Assembly: GCF_000737315.1 (NCBI RefSeq)
Contig: NZ_JMCB01000013.1
Span: forward strand, 186,001-250,000
Reading direction: 5' to 3'
Source: Hyalangium minutum
GTDB taxonomy: Bacteria > Myxococcota > Myxococcia > Myxococcales > Myxococcaceae
DNA: 64,000 bases
Shown here: positions 11,206 to 21,318 of the stretch, one piece after another
How the letters are laid out: each line of letters starts with the position of its first letter
Numbering within the stretch: the first letter of the stretch is position 1
Translations under genes and position numbers: made by a program
Notes under the pieces: model-generated
Database searches by the model: none
What the model was told of the DNA's origin: nothing
What the model saw: only the letters and a program-made list of their open reading frames with translations

Positions 11206-14200
11206 ATGTCGTTGCCCACGCTGCTCACCGCCGAGAACCTCCGCGCAACCGCGGGGAGCGCATTTGCGCGAGGCGAGGTGTACTGGCGTGAGGGGCGCGT
11301 GCTGTCCTGCGTCCTGGAGAACGACGCGCTCGATGGGCTGGTGGAGGGCACGGCGAAGTACCGCGTCCGGGTGACGGCTCCTGGCGGAGTGCTCGTCGCC
11401 CACTGCACGTGTCCGGTGCGGGATGCGGTCTGCAAGCATGCGGTCGCGCTCAGCCTCTCCTTCCTGGCACAGCGCGGAGCGGTGCTCGAGCCGCCGCGCG
11501 AGGCCGCCGTCGTGGTGCCGTCTCAGGAAGGGCCGTTCGCGACGCGGGACGCGCTGGATCGCTGGGCGGAGGAGCACGAGGTCCGCCATGCGCTCGCGGT
11601 CTCCGTGGCCGTGCTCTTTCCGGAGCTGCCCATCAATGAGGCGCAGCGCCAAGGGCTCCAGCATGTGCTGAACGGACTGGCGCTGAGGGACGTGGGCTCG
11701 CGGGACGGGGCGCTTCGCTATGTCGGCGCGCGCGGGAGAGGCCTGGAGACAGCGCTGACCGAAGCGGCGTGGGCATACCTGCAGCAGGAGGCGCACGCCG
11801 TCCGGCAGGGGCTCACCGAGGAGGCCGCGCGCCGCGAGTCCCACCCGGACGAGGTGCTGGCGCCGCTGTGGACCCGCCTGCTCGAGGTGCGCCGCACGCT
11901 CAGGCCCCATGCAGCTCCACGCTCTCGGGAGCGGCGGGCCTTGGGGACATGGAGCTTCGATGCGGCTGCGTGCGTGCTCACGTGGAGGGAGCGCGATCGC
12001 GTGGTCCGTGGCGGTCCGGACTACGGCACCATCGGAGTCTTGACGCGGCTCACCTTCCCCGGGGGGTACGAAGGGCGGGTGGAGTGCAGCTGTGCGACCC
12101 GGCAGCGGGGGTGCGTGCATGCGCTGGCGCTCGTGGACACCACCCTCGATGTCCTGGACGACAGCGCGCGGAACGCGGAGGCGCGAAGGATCGCCGAGGA
12201 ACTCCTTCGCCCGAGCTGGGCGCGCGCGCTGAAGGAACTCGAGCTGTTCGAGGAAGAGTCGGCCAAGCCTCGGCCCAGCATCGAGGTGTGGTGGTGCATC
12301 GAGCAGGAACTGGGCACGCAGTCCGTGTCGCCCGTCGTGAAGAAGCAGACCCGCCGGGGCATCATGAGCGCAGGTGCGAGGATGACCGCGGCGCGCCTGC
12401 TCGAAGAGCACCGCGAGCTTCTCTCCGAGACCGATCTTCGGGTCGCCGAGCAGCTGGCTTCATGGGCCCCGGCGTCCCGTGCCGCTGGGACATACCCTTC
12501 ACGGGCATTCGCAGGGCTGGTCGGGCACCCACGGGTGTTGCTCGAGTTCCGCCCCGAGGAGCCCATCGAGGTGAAGCGCGTGCGGCTGGGGTTCACCGCG
12601 CTCTCCGCCGATAACCACATTCGCCTGGAGCCCTCCATCGAGGGCGAGCGCTTCAGCCCGAAGCTGCTGGGAGCCCTGCTGCGTGCGTTCGCGCCGGGGG
12701 AACCGCTGGTCACGGTGGAGGAGCAGCGGAACCGGTGCCTGCTGATCGATGTGAACTCCGAGGCGCGGCAGATCTGGAACGTGCTGGAGAAGCACGGAGA
12801 CCAGTTCCCTCCCGAGAGCCATGAGCAGCTGCTGGAGCGCCTGTCCCGGCTCGAAGCGCGGTTGCCGCTCGTGGTCCCGCCCACGCTGAAGGGGCGCGAG
12901 CTCTCGTCCGAGACGACCACCGTCGTTCGTCTGCGCCTGCTCCCGGACGTGTCGCTGGAGCTGGAATTGCTCGTTCGGCCGGGGCCAGGGGCTCCGCTGT
13001 TCCATCCCGGCGTGGGTCCGAGAGACGTGCTTCTCACTCGCAACGGTGAACGCGGCTACGTGCGCCGTCAGCTGATCCAGGAGGAGCAGCGGGCTCGCGC
13101 GGCGATTGCCCCACTGCCGCTCGAGGGCGCGGAGGAGGGGCCGCCGTTCTGCTTCCGGATGGGGGACACGGAGTCCGCGCTGCGGCTCGTCGCGGCCCTC
13201 CAGAAGCCGCTGCCGGGAGTGGAGGTGGAGTGGCTCGACGATAAGCCGTTCGTTGCTTCGGCTGCGGGCCCGGAGTCCTTGAAGGTCGTGATCGAGCGCA
13301 AGCGGGACTGGTTCGGCATCAACGGGGATCTGAAGGTCGAGGCGGGGCGCATCGAGCTGGCTGTCCTCCTGGATGCGGCCCGGCGGCAGAAGCGCTTCGT
13401 GCGCGTGGATGCCCATCGGTGGGTCGAGCTCAGCGACACTTTGCGGAACCGCCTGCTCGCGGTGGCCGATCACACCTTCCTGGGCAAGAACCGCGCGGAG
13501 CTCTCTCCAGGAGCGGTCTCGGCGATCAGCGCGTTGCTGGAGGCGGGGGCCGACGTCCAGGCCGCGCCCGCGTGGCAGTTGATGACGGATCGTCTCGCCG
13601 CGTCGCTGTCGCTCAAGCCGAAGCCTCCCTCGTCGCTGGGGACCACGCTGCGCGACTACCAGGTGGAGGGCCATGCGTGGCTCAGCCGCGTGGCGGCCTG
13701 GGGAGCGGGAGCGTGCCTCGCGGATGACATGGGGCTCGGGAAGACGGTGCAGGCGCTGTCGGTGATGATCGAACGCTCGCGGCTCGGTCCGGCCCTGGTG
13801 CTCGCGCCGACCTCGGTGGCCTTCAACTGGACGCAGGAGATCCAGCGCTTCGCGCCCACCCTGCGGCCCGTGCTCTACGCGGAGCAGCCGGATCGGGCGA
13901 AGTGCTTGGCGAAGCTCAAGAAGACCGACGTGCTCATCGTCAGCTACGGCTTGCTGGTGCGCGACGTGGCGAGCCTCAGCACGCTCTCATTCGCCACGCT
14001 CGTCGTCGATGAAGCGCAGGCGTTGAAGAACCCGAGCACCCGGCGGGCCCGGGCCGCGCGGCAGCTGAACGCGGGCTTTCGGATCGCGCTCTCGGGGACG
14101 CCGCTGGAGAACCACCTCGGCGAGCTGTGGAGCCTCTTCACGATCGTCTTCCCGGGTCTCTTGGGGAGCTGGGAGCAATTCCGAGAGCGCTTCGCCTCGC

Positions 14201-15084
14201 CCATCGAGCGGGGCAAGGATCCCACCGCGAGCGCGGCGCTCTCCCGGGTGATCCAGCCGTTCCTGCTGCGGCGGACCAAGCAAGAGGTGGCGCGCGAGCT
14301 GCCGCCGAGGACGGAGATCCAGGTCCCCGTGGCGCTCTCCGAGGAGGAGTGGACGCTATACGAGGACGCGCGGCTGGCGGCGGTCGCGGAGCTCAGCAAG
14401 CAGGGCAAGGGGCTGCGCACCGAGCAGCAGCGCTTCCAGGTGCTCGCGGCGATCACCCGGCTGAGGTTGCTTGCGTCTCACCCGCGGCTCTACGACGGGC
14501 AGTCGAAGCTCGCGTCCTCGAAGATGCGGCGTCTGCTGGAGTTGCTGGAAGAACTGCGGAGCGAGGGCCACCGGGCGCTCGTGTTCAGCCAGTTCACCTC
14601 ACACCTCGAGCTCGTCCGCGAGGAACTGGATCGCGCCGGCTTCACGTACCAGTACCTCGATGGCGCGACGCCTGCGGCGACCCGAGCGAAGCGGATTCAG
14701 GACTTCCAGGAGGGGGCAGGGGAGATGTTCCTGATCTCGCTCAAGGCGGGAGGTACGGGCATCAACCTCACGGCTGCGGACTACGTCATCCACTTGGATC
14801 CCTGGTGGAACCCGGCGGTGGAGGATCAAGCGACGGATCGCGCCCACCGCATCGGCCAGACGCGGCCGGTGACGGTGTACCGGCTGATCGCCCGCGGTAC
14901 GATCGAGGAGCAGATCCTCTCGCTGCACTCGGACAAGCGCGCGTTGGTGGCGGGAGTGCTGGAGGGGACGGATGTGGCGGCGCGGCTGACGACAAAGGAT
15001 CTGCTCGCGCTACTGGCGGGGGGCGACTCTCCTCGCGAGCGGCAGGACGACGGGGAAGAACCCCGGGCCCGAACGGTGCACTGA
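11206..15084 (+). CDS. SNF2-family SF2 helicase/ATPase with two SWIM zinc fingers
   Basis: SWIM motifs CTCPVRDAVCKH and CSCATRQRGCVH; ADDMGLGKT, VDEAQ, LSGTPLEN, FSQF, SLKAGGTGINL and QATDRAHRIGQ. Confidence 0.95.
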   Translation: MSLPTLLTAENLRATAGSAFARGEVYWREGRVLSCVLENDALDGLVEGTAKYRVRVTAPGGVLVAHCTCPVRDAVCKHAVALSLSFLAQRGAVLEPPREAAVVVPSQEGPFATRDALDRWAEEHEVRHALAVSVAVLFPELPINEAQRQGLQHVLNGLALRDVGSRDGALRYVGARGRGLETALTEAAWAYLQQEAHAVRQGLTEEAARRESHPDEVLAPLWTRLLEVRRTLRPHAAPRSRERRALGTWSFDAAACVLTWRERDRVVRGGPDYGTIGVLTRLTFPGGYEGRVECSCATRQRGCVHALALVDTTLDVLDDSARNAEARRIAEELLRPSWARALKELELFEEESAKPRPSIEVWWCIEQELGTQSVSPVVKKQTRRGIMSAGARMTAARLLEEHRELLSETDLRVAEQLASWAPASRAAGTYPSRAFAGLVGHPRVLLEFRPEEPIEVKRVRLGFTALSADNHIRLEPSIEGERFSPKLLGALLRAFAPGEPLVTVEEQRNRCLLIDVNSEARQIWNVLEKHGDQFPPESHEQLLERLSRLEARLPLVVPPTLKGRELSSETTTVVRLRLLPDVSLELELLVRPGPGAPLFHPGVGPRDVLLTRNGERGYVRRQLIQEEQRARAAIAPLPLEGAEEGPPFCFRMGDTESALRLVAALQKPLPGVEVEWLDDKPFVASAAGPESLKVVIERKRDWFGINGDLKVEAGRIELAVLLDAARRQKRFVRVDAHRWVELSDTLRNRLLAVADHTFLGKNRAELSPGAVSAISALLEAGADVQAAPAWQLMTDRLAASLSLKPKPPSSLGTTLRDYQVEGHAWLSRVAAWGAGACLADDMGLGKTVQALSVMIERSRLGPALVLAPTSVAFNWTQEIQRFAPTLRPVLYAEQPDRAKCLAKLKKTDVLIVSYGLLVRDVASLSTLSFATLVVDEAQALKNPSTRRARAARQLNAGFRIALSGTPLENHLGELWSLFTIVFPGLLGSWEQFRERFASPIERGKDPTASAALSRVIQPFLLRRTKQEVARELPPRTEIQVPVALSEEEWTLYEDARLAAVAELSKQGKGLRTEQQRFQVLAAITRLRLLASHPRLYDGQSKLASSKMRRLLELLEELRSEGHRALVFSQFTSHLELVREELDRAGFTYQYLDGATPAATRAKRIQDFQEGAGEMFLISLKAGGTGINLTAADYVIHLDPWWNPAVEDQATDRAHRIGQTRPVTVYRLIARGTIEEQILSLHSDKRALVAGVLEGTDVAARLTTKDLLALLAGGDSPRERQDDGEEPRARTVH

Positions 15085-15242
15085 TCGTCCCTAGGCAGTC
15101 CTCATCCAGTGAGGCCGGAGAGGCGCAGGATGGCCACGACGAGGCCCGTGAGTCCGAGGAGCAGTCCGAACAGAGCCGCCCCTGCGGCATCGAGCTTCTT
15201 CCAGGTCCATGGAGTGTCCATACCCGGCTCCAGTCCGTGCCA

Positions 15243-15339
15243 AACGGGTCTGACAACCAGACCGGTTGCCGCTACGAACGAGCAGTGGGCCCCCTGGCGG
15301 CGGCGGTTTTTGGAAACTGGTCTGACAAGCAGACCAGTT
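15243..15339. repeat. Two inverted-repeat elements resembling GntR/FadR operators
   Basis: AACGGGTCTG-ACAAC-CAGACCGGTT (15243-15267) and the perfect IR AACTGGTCTG-ACAAG-CAGACCAGTT (15315-15339); a third copy lies at 33083-33107. Confidence 0.7.
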
Positions 15340-15453
15340 CAGTCGGATTGCGACGGGAGAGGGTGGGATGCCCACATGGTTGGTGACTTCTTGTCAGACC
15401 CATGAGGTAGGCTGGGCTGAGTGGGGACTCGAAGGTCCTCGCCGGAGACGGTC

Positions 15454-16971
15454 ATGGGGAAGAAGGTCGCCTCGCTGGATGTAGATCCGCTCAGCCTCCC
15501 GCTGGGGATGCGGATGGGGCCCTGGCGGATTGTGGGCTGGGGCGGCCGAGGCGCCTACGGCACCGTTTACCGTGTGGAGCGCGTGGGACATGAACTGGAA
15601 GGTCCCTTTGCGCTCAAACTGGCGGTCTTCCCCGAGGATGAGCGCTTCGAGCGAGAGGCGTGGTTGCTCCGCCACATCCAGAGTGCTTCGGTGCCTCACC
15701 TCTATGCGCAGGGGGTATGGGAGCACGCATCGGGGCGCTATCGCTACCTGGTGATGCAGTGGGTGGAGGGCGAGCCGCTGTATGAGTGGTCCGCTCGGCG
15801 CAACCCCACTGAGTCCCGGGTGGTGGAACTGTTGCTACAGGTGGCGAAGGCGGTGGAGGCCACGCATGCGGTGGGAGCGGTGCACCGCGACGTGAAGGGC
15901 GGGAACGTTCTGGTGAGGCTCACGGACGGGCGAGCCTTCCTGATGGACTTCGGGGCAGGGCACTACCGGGGAGCGGCGACGCTGACCTCGAAGGTGCTCC
16001 CGCCCGGCACTCCCGCGTATCGCAGCCCTGAGGCCTGGGGATTTCTCCGCCTGTTCCTTCGCCACCCGACGGCTCACTATCCGGCCAGCGCGAGCGATGA
16101 CCTGTTCGCCCTGGGAATCACGGCCTACCGGTTGGTGACGGACGAGTATCCGCCCTCCACGGATCCTCAAGCGCCAGGGGCGGAGGTGTGGCGCGAGGGG
16201 GGACCAGGACCTCGGCCGCCCCGTGAGCTGAACCCGCGTGTGAGCCCCGAGCTGGATGCGCTGATCCTGAGGCTGTTGGCGCCCGCTCCCGTGGATCGCT
16301 TCAACGGCCGGGCTCAGGAGTTGGTCGCGGCGCTGGAGGAGATGAAGGAGAGGGCGGGGCCCGAGAGGAATGAGCCTCTCTTCGGCTGGTCACACGCGCA
16401 CGACACACGCTGGCGATCGCTGGGAGGCGTGCGTCTGGCTGAGGAGCGGGACGCGGCAAGGAGAGAACGCGAGAAGCGCGAGCTGGAGGTCCGGGCTCGC
16501 GCAGAGGCTGCGAACCGCTTGGCGGAGCCCCCGCGCTCAGTGGCTGTGTGGAGCGTTGAAGGGGGGATAGCCGCCATGGGGCTGCTGCTCACCTGTCTGC
16601 TGGTGACCGGGCTCTATCGGGGCCAGCAGGAGGCGCAGACTGCTTCGGCGAAGGAGCACCGCCAGAGGGACACGGCCGCAGTAGGGGACGGCGCGGGTGC
16701 CATTTCCGCGTCGGCGGATGCCTCGGTGCCTGCGGGGAATGCGAAGTCGGCAGTGGGGCTTCCGCTGCCCGAGAAGCTCTTCCCTGGCCAGCGGAAGCCG
16801 CCGTGCAACAGGTTTGGAGAGGTGGAGGTCCGTGGCGGCTGCTGGTGGCTCTTGGGCGCTGGCAAGCCGCCTTGCAAGGAGAAGGGCAAAGAGGACGGCT
16901 ATGAGTGGAAGGGGGCTTGCTACACGCCCTCATACCAAATGGGTCGCGAGCCCACGTCCAAGCCGCCGTGA
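15454..16971 (+). CDS. Ser/Thr protein kinase with a TM segment and a small Cys-rich C-terminal domain
   Basis: GRGAYGTVY, FALK, HRDVKGGNV, DFG and GTPAYRSPE; C-terminal PPC...GGCW...C...GACY. Alternative GTG start at 15421. Confidence 0.9.
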   Translation: MGKKVASLDVDPLSLPLGMRMGPWRIVGWGGRGAYGTVYRVERVGHELEGPFALKLAVFPEDERFEREAWLLRHIQSASVPHLYAQGVWEHASGRYRYLVMQWVEGEPLYEWSARRNPTESRVVELLLQVAKAVEATHAVGAVHRDVKGGNVLVRLTDGRAFLMDFGAGHYRGAATLTSKVLPPGTPAYRSPEAWGFLRLFLRHPTAHYPASASDDLFALGITAYRLVTDEYPPSTDPQAPGAEVWREGGPGPRPPRELNPRVSPELDALILRLLAPAPVDRFNGRAQELVAALEEMKERAGPERNEPLFGWSHAHDTRWRSLGGVRLAEERDAARREREKRELEVRARAEAANRLAEPPRSVAVWSVEGGIAAMGLLLTCLLVTGLYRGQQEAQTASAKEHRQRDTAAVGDGAGAISASADASVPAGNAKSAVGLPLPEKLFPGQRKPPCNRFGEVEVRGGCWWLLGAGKPPCKEKGKEDGYEWKGACYTPSYQMGREPTSKPP

Positions 16972-17112
16972 ACCGTGGCCAGGTTCAGCATCTGCGTCAG
17001 TGGAAGCGGATCAAGCGTGGGCTTACTGGCGGCGCGAAAAATCCCCACGAGCGTGTGGTAGGAGGGCACTCGTGAAGAGGATGTCCCCCGTGAGCAACAG
17101 CTTGGTGACCCC

Positions 17113-18423
17113 ATGACGCTTCCCCGGACGCCAGAGGAAGCGGTCGAATTCCTCGCCCGGCTCAGCCCTTCCGTCATCAAGCCCGGCCTCGAACGGATGA
17201 ATCCGGCTCTCGAGGCCCTCGGCCATCCCGAGCGCCGAATCCGCTCGCTTCATGTCGCGGGCACCAATGGCAAGGGCAGCACCTGTGCCTTCGCCTCCAC
17301 CGCCCTTCGCGCCGCGGGCCACCGCGTGGGCCTCTACACCTCGCCTCACCTGGAGCGCGTCACCGAGCGCTTCCAGATCAACGGCGAGGAGATCTCCCCC
17401 AAGCTGCTCGGCCGCCGCATCCTCGAGATCCTCGAGCGCTACCCGGAGGCCGCCGCCACTCCCGCGCCGCTCACGTACTTCGAGTTCGGCACCGTGATCG
17501 CCTTCTGGCACTTCGCCCAGGAGGCCGTGGACATCGCTGTCCTGGAAACTGGCCTCGGTGGCCGCTTGGATGCCACCAATGTCGTGGCCCCGCTCGTCAC
17601 CGTCATCACGCCTATCTCCTTTGATCACATGGAGTATCTGGGCCACACGCTCGGAGCCATCGCAGGCGAGAAGGCCGGCATCCTCAAGCCCACCGTCCCC
17701 GTCGTCGTCAGCCGCCAGGAGCCAGAGGCCCTCGAAGCCATCTCCCGCGTCGCAGCCCAGGTCGGCGCTCCCATGCTCCTCGAGGGGCTCGACTTCGCCG
17801 TGGAGTCTCTCCCCACAGGGCTCTCCTACAGGGGACCGCGGTGGAACCTGGACGGGCTCTCACTCTCCCTCCGAGGCCCTCACCAGCGGCAGAACGCCGC
17901 TGTCGCGCTCGCGGCCCTGGAGCAGCTCGATGCCTGGGGCATCTCCGTCCCCACGGATGCCGCAGTGAAGGGCCTGGCCTCCGCTCGCTGGCCCGGCCGC
18001 TTGGAGGAGGTGAGCAGCCAGCCAGCCGTCGTGCTCGATGGGGCGCACAACCCCGGCGGAGTCGCTGTGCTCCTGGCCTCGCTCGACAGCCTGTACCCCG
18101 GCCGACGCATCCACGCCGTCTTCGGTGTCGTCGCCGACAAGGACCGCGCTCCCATGATGCGCGGCCTCTTCCCTCGCTGCGCCTCCGTCCACCTCACGCC
18201 CCTGGACACGCCGCGCTCGCTTGCCCCCGAGCGCTACCTCGCGGAGGCCCGGGCACTGTGCGCCGATGTGCGGGCCTATGCTGGCTTGGATGACGCCCTG
18301 GCAGGCGCCAAGGCCCTCGCGATGGAGGGGGACGTCATCTTATGTACGGGCTCACTCTTTCTGGTGGGAGCGGCTCGCGCGCGCTTCGTCAGAAACCTTG
18401 GCGCAATGCAGCAGCAGTCATAA
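17113..18423 (+). CDS. folC: Bifunctional folylpolyglutamate/dihydrofolate synthase
   Basis: HVAGTNGKGST, LYTSPHL, ETGLGGRLDATN, DGAHNP and CTGSLFLVG. Confidence 0.96.
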   Translation: MTLPRTPEEAVEFLARLSPSVIKPGLERMNPALEALGHPERRIRSLHVAGTNGKGSTCAFASTALRAAGHRVGLYTSPHLERVTERFQINGEEISPKLLGRRILEILERYPEAAATPAPLTYFEFGTVIAFWHFAQEAVDIAVLETGLGGRLDATNVVAPLVTVITPISFDHMEYLGHTLGAIAGEKAGILKPTVPVVVSRQEPEALEAISRVAAQVGAPMLLEGLDFAVESLPTGLSYRGPRWNLDGLSLSLRGPHQRQNAAVALAALEQLDAWGISVPTDAAVKGLASARWPGRLEEVSSQPAVVLDGAHNPGGVAVLLASLDSLYPGRRIHAVFGVVADKDRAPMMRGLFPRCASVHLTPLDTPRSLAPERYLAEARALCADVRAYAGLDDALAGAKALAMEGDVILCTGSLFLVGAARARFVRNLGAMQQQS

Positions 18424-18432
18424 ATTCCAGGT

Positions 18433-19710
18433 ATGCGCCTCCCGGATGATTGGAGAACCGCGCCCACGGGGCCGCGGATACCGACGGTCGACGAGGTCGA
18501 CTTCCGGGCGCTCTACCAGAAGACGAAGTACGTGGTGGAGACCGCCGACGGCTGGTCATTGATGATGACCCGCTACCGGCCCGTGAAGCAGCAATTCCCG
18601 CAGCCGCTGTTCGGCGAGGTGCTGCTCCTGGTCCACGGCTTCTCCCAGAACCGCCACGCGTGGACCAGCGGGCAGTTCGTGAAGAACCTCCTGTTCTTCG
18701 GCGTGGACATTCACATCCTCGAGCTGCGCGGCCACGGCAAGAGCTCCCTGGATCTGCAGCGCGAGCGCTGTGCCCGCTTCCGCCGACCTCTCCCGCCCGA
18801 CCTCGAGTACGGCTGGGACATCGACAGCTACTTCCTCTACGACTTGCCCGCCGCTGTCTCCGGCGTGAAGCGCATCACCCGGCGCGACAAGATCTTCTAC
18901 TGCGGCCATTCCATGGGCGGGATGCTCGGCTACGGCTACGCCGGCATCCACGACGACTTCGAGGGCCTGATCACCATTGGCTCCCCGGCGGATCTCGGCC
19001 GGGGTTTTTTGATGCTCAAGGCCCTGGCCATGGGCGCGCCGGCGCTCGGTGGCCTGGTGGACATGACGTTGGCCGGGCTCAACGTGCAGAACCGCATCGG
19101 GCACCTGGGCCGCACGCTGCTGTCCAAGGGCGCCCAGGCGGTGAGCCGCGAGCTGGGCCAGCGGCTCAAGCCGACGTCGGAGCCGAAAGACACCCTCTTC
19201 AACTACGTCCCCGTGGACGCCTGGCTGAAGTACGCCGAGAAGAAGCTCGCTCTCGCCGAGGGCCACCCCATCTACGAAGAGGTCGTCCGGCGCATCAACA
19301 AGCTGAGCAACCCCGCCCGCGTGAAGGCCCAGGACGTCCGTTGGCTCCTTCGCGAGGGAGGCGAGCGAGAGCCTCGCAAGGTGATCGAGCAGTTCGCCCG
19401 GTGGATCCGCCGCGGCGAGATGGTCTGCTACCGCACGGACTACGACTTCAAGCGCGGCTTCTCGAAGATCGCGATCCCCATGGCCATCATCTTCGGAGAC
19501 ATGGATCCGCTGGCCTCGGTGGAGTCCACCCGCAGTGTCTACCGCGCCGCCAAGAGTGAATACCTCCTCTGGCGCCCTGTGAAGGGCAACAGCCACATCG
19601 AGCTGACCATGGGGCACGACATCCGGCAGATCTGTTACGACATCAAGAACCTCATCGAATACGCCAGAACCCACCGCTCGCGTTCCCCGGTGCTGCCGCG
19701 CGTTCGTTAG
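18433..19710 (+). CDS. Alpha/beta hydrolase (lipase or PHA-synthase-like fold)
   Basis: LLVHGFSQN, nucleophile elbow GHSMGG, acid in GDMDPL and His in NSHIEL. Confidence 0.8.
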   Translation: MRLPDDWRTAPTGPRIPTVDEVDFRALYQKTKYVVETADGWSLMMTRYRPVKQQFPQPLFGEVLLLVHGFSQNRHAWTSGQFVKNLLFFGVDIHILELRGHGKSSLDLQRERCARFRRPLPPDLEYGWDIDSYFLYDLPAAVSGVKRITRRDKIFYCGHSMGGMLGYGYAGIHDDFEGLITIGSPADLGRGFLMLKALAMGAPALGGLVDMTLAGLNVQNRIGHLGRTLLSKGAQAVSRELGQRLKPTSEPKDTLFNYVPVDAWLKYAEKKLALAEGHPIYEEVVRRINKLSNPARVKAQDVRWLLREGGEREPRKVIEQFARWIRRGEMVCYRTDYDFKRGFSKIAIPMAIIFGDMDPLASVESTRSVYRAAKSEYLLWRPVKGNSHIELTMGHDIRQICYDIKNLIEYARTHRSRSPVLPRVR

Positions 19711-19794
19711 ACCCGGGGGCCGGCCCCGGGCGTTAAGTTGGAGCCAGGGGGCCCATGCTCTACAGTCGGGTTCTCTGAGAAGGGGTGTCGTTCA

Positions 19795-21306
19795 ATGAAG
19801 TGGCTGGCGGTCTGCGTGCTCGGTGGGGTGCTGCTGCCCCTGCTGGCGTTCGCGCAGGACAAGGTAGAGCTCAACGCCATCACCAGCGTGAAGGTGAACG
19901 GCTCCACGGTGGAGATCACCGGGAGCAAGAAGCCCAACTTCACCACCTTCACCATGACAGACCCGCCGCGGCTCGTCATCGATATCTCCGAGGCCGTCCT
20001 CAAGGGTGTGCCAGAGGAGATGCGAGTGAACGCCGGCCTCATCACCGGCCTGCGCGCCGCCAACTACGGCTCGGACTCGTCCGCCATCGCTCGCGTTCTC
20101 ATCGGCTACGACCGGGACGTGGAGACCGACATCCTGGTGAGCGGCAGTGTGCTCTCGGTGAAGGTGCTGGACGGCTCCAGCCCTGCCGTGGCCCAGACGC
20201 TCCCGGAGCCCAAGCAGCCCCTCGTGGCCGCCAATGGCCCCACGGCCGCCGAGGCCCAGGCCGCCGCCACGCAGGCCACTCAGGCGTCCCAGCAGGAGCG
20301 CGCCACCCAGGAGACGGCTGCGGCGGAGGCGGCTTCGGCGGCGAAGAAGACCGACGCGGAGCTTCGCCAGCAGGAGGAGGCCGCGCGCGTGGCCTCCGCG
20401 AAGAAGTCCGAGGAGGATCGCCGCGCCCAGGAACTGGCCGCCGCCGAGGAGAAGAAGCGCCAGGAAGAGCAGGTCCGCGCCGAGGCGGAGGCCCAGAAGC
20501 TGGCCACCGCCGAGGAGAAGAAGCGCCAGCTAGAGCAGGCTCGCGCCGAGGTGGAGGCCAAGAAGCAGGCCGAACTCGACGAGAAGAAGCGCAAGGCGGA
20601 GGAGGCCGAGGCAAAGCGTCTGGCCGCCACCGAGGAGAAGAAGCGCCAGCTAGAGCAGGCTCGCGCCGAGACGGAGGCCAAGAAGCAGGCCGAGCTCGAC
20701 GAGAAGAAGCGCAAGGCGGAGGAGGCCGAGGAGCGCCGTCTGGCCGCGCTGGAGGAGAAGAAGCGCAGGTCCGAGGAGGCTCGCGCCGAGGTCGACACCC
20801 GGAAGCAGCAGGAGACCGACGAGCGGAAGCGCCGTTCCGAGGAGGCCGAGGCGAAGCGCCTGGCCTCCGCCGAGGAGAGGAAGCGCCAGGAGACCGAGGG
20901 TGGCAGTCGGGTGGCCAGTGCCGAGGTGCCTCGCCGGACCGAGCCTCCCGCCGCCTCGCCCGAGCCCGCCACCACGGGCCGCCGCAAGACGCTGGAGATT
21001 GTCGGCTTCCAACAGAAGACGGGTGGCTCACGTGTCTACGTGCGTACAAATGAGCCAGTGAGCTACAAAGTCTCCGAGGGACGCAACGAGATCGTCCTCA
21101 TGCTGGAGAACACGCAGATCGGCAAGGGCAACAACACCCGTGCGCTCGACACCTCGTTCTTCGATACCGCCGTGGCTCGCGTGGACCCGACCGTGGGGCC
21201 TGACCGGTCCGTCCGCGTCTCCATCAAGCTCAAGGAGCAGGTGTCCGTCCAGACGCGCCAGGAGGGCAACACCATCACCCTGGAGTTCCCGCGCCCCGAG
21301 CGCTGA
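19795..21306 (+). CDS. Periplasmic protein with N- and C-terminal AMIN-like domains joined by a charged coiled-coil repeat
   Basis: Signal peptide MKWLAVCVLGGVLLPLLAFA; AMIN-like PPRLVIDIS and VYVRT...LMLEN...VRVSIKL; central E/K/A-rich repeats. Confidence 0.8.
   Translation: MKWLAVCVLGGVLLPLLAFAQDKVELNAITSVKVNGSTVEITGSKKPNFTTFTMTDPPRLVIDISEAVLKGVPEEMRVNAGLITGLRAANYGSDSSAIARVLIGYDRDVETDILVSGSVLSVKVLDGSSPAVAQTLPEPKQPLVAANGPTAAEAQAAATQATQASQQERATQETAAAEAASAAKKTDAELRQQEEAARVASAKKSEEDRRAQELAAAEEKKRQEEQVRAEAEAQKLATAEEKKRQLEQARAEVEAKKQAELDEKKRKAEEAEAKRLAATEEKKRQLEQARAETEAKKQAELDEKKRKAEEAEERRLAALEEKKRRSEEARAEVDTRKQQETDERKRRSEEAEAKRLASAEERKRQETEGGSRVASAEVPRRTEPPAASPEPATTGRRKTLEIVGFQQKTGGSRVYVRTNEPVSYKVSEGRNEIVLMLENTQIGKGNNTRALDTSFFDTAVARVDPTVGPDRSVRVSIKLKEQVSVQTRQEGNTITLEFPRPER
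20501..20890 (+). repeat. Intragenic 120-bp (40-aa) tandem repeat, about 3.2 copies
   Basis: Lines 20521/20641/20761 and 20581/20701/20821 align with an exact 120-bp period; the unit is approximately ATAEEKKRQLEQARAEVEAKKQAELDEKKRKAEEAEAKRL. Confidence 0.9.
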
Positions 21307-21318
21307 GCCGAGGAGGCC

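Noticed and set aside
15085-15420. Short ORFs (15109-15405, 15091-15375) as real genes
   Set aside because: Poor codon bias and no convincing RBS; treated as regulatory or relic DNA.
20501-20890. 120-bp repeats as a CRISPR or mobile element
   Set aside because: They are in-frame coding repeats without unique spacers.
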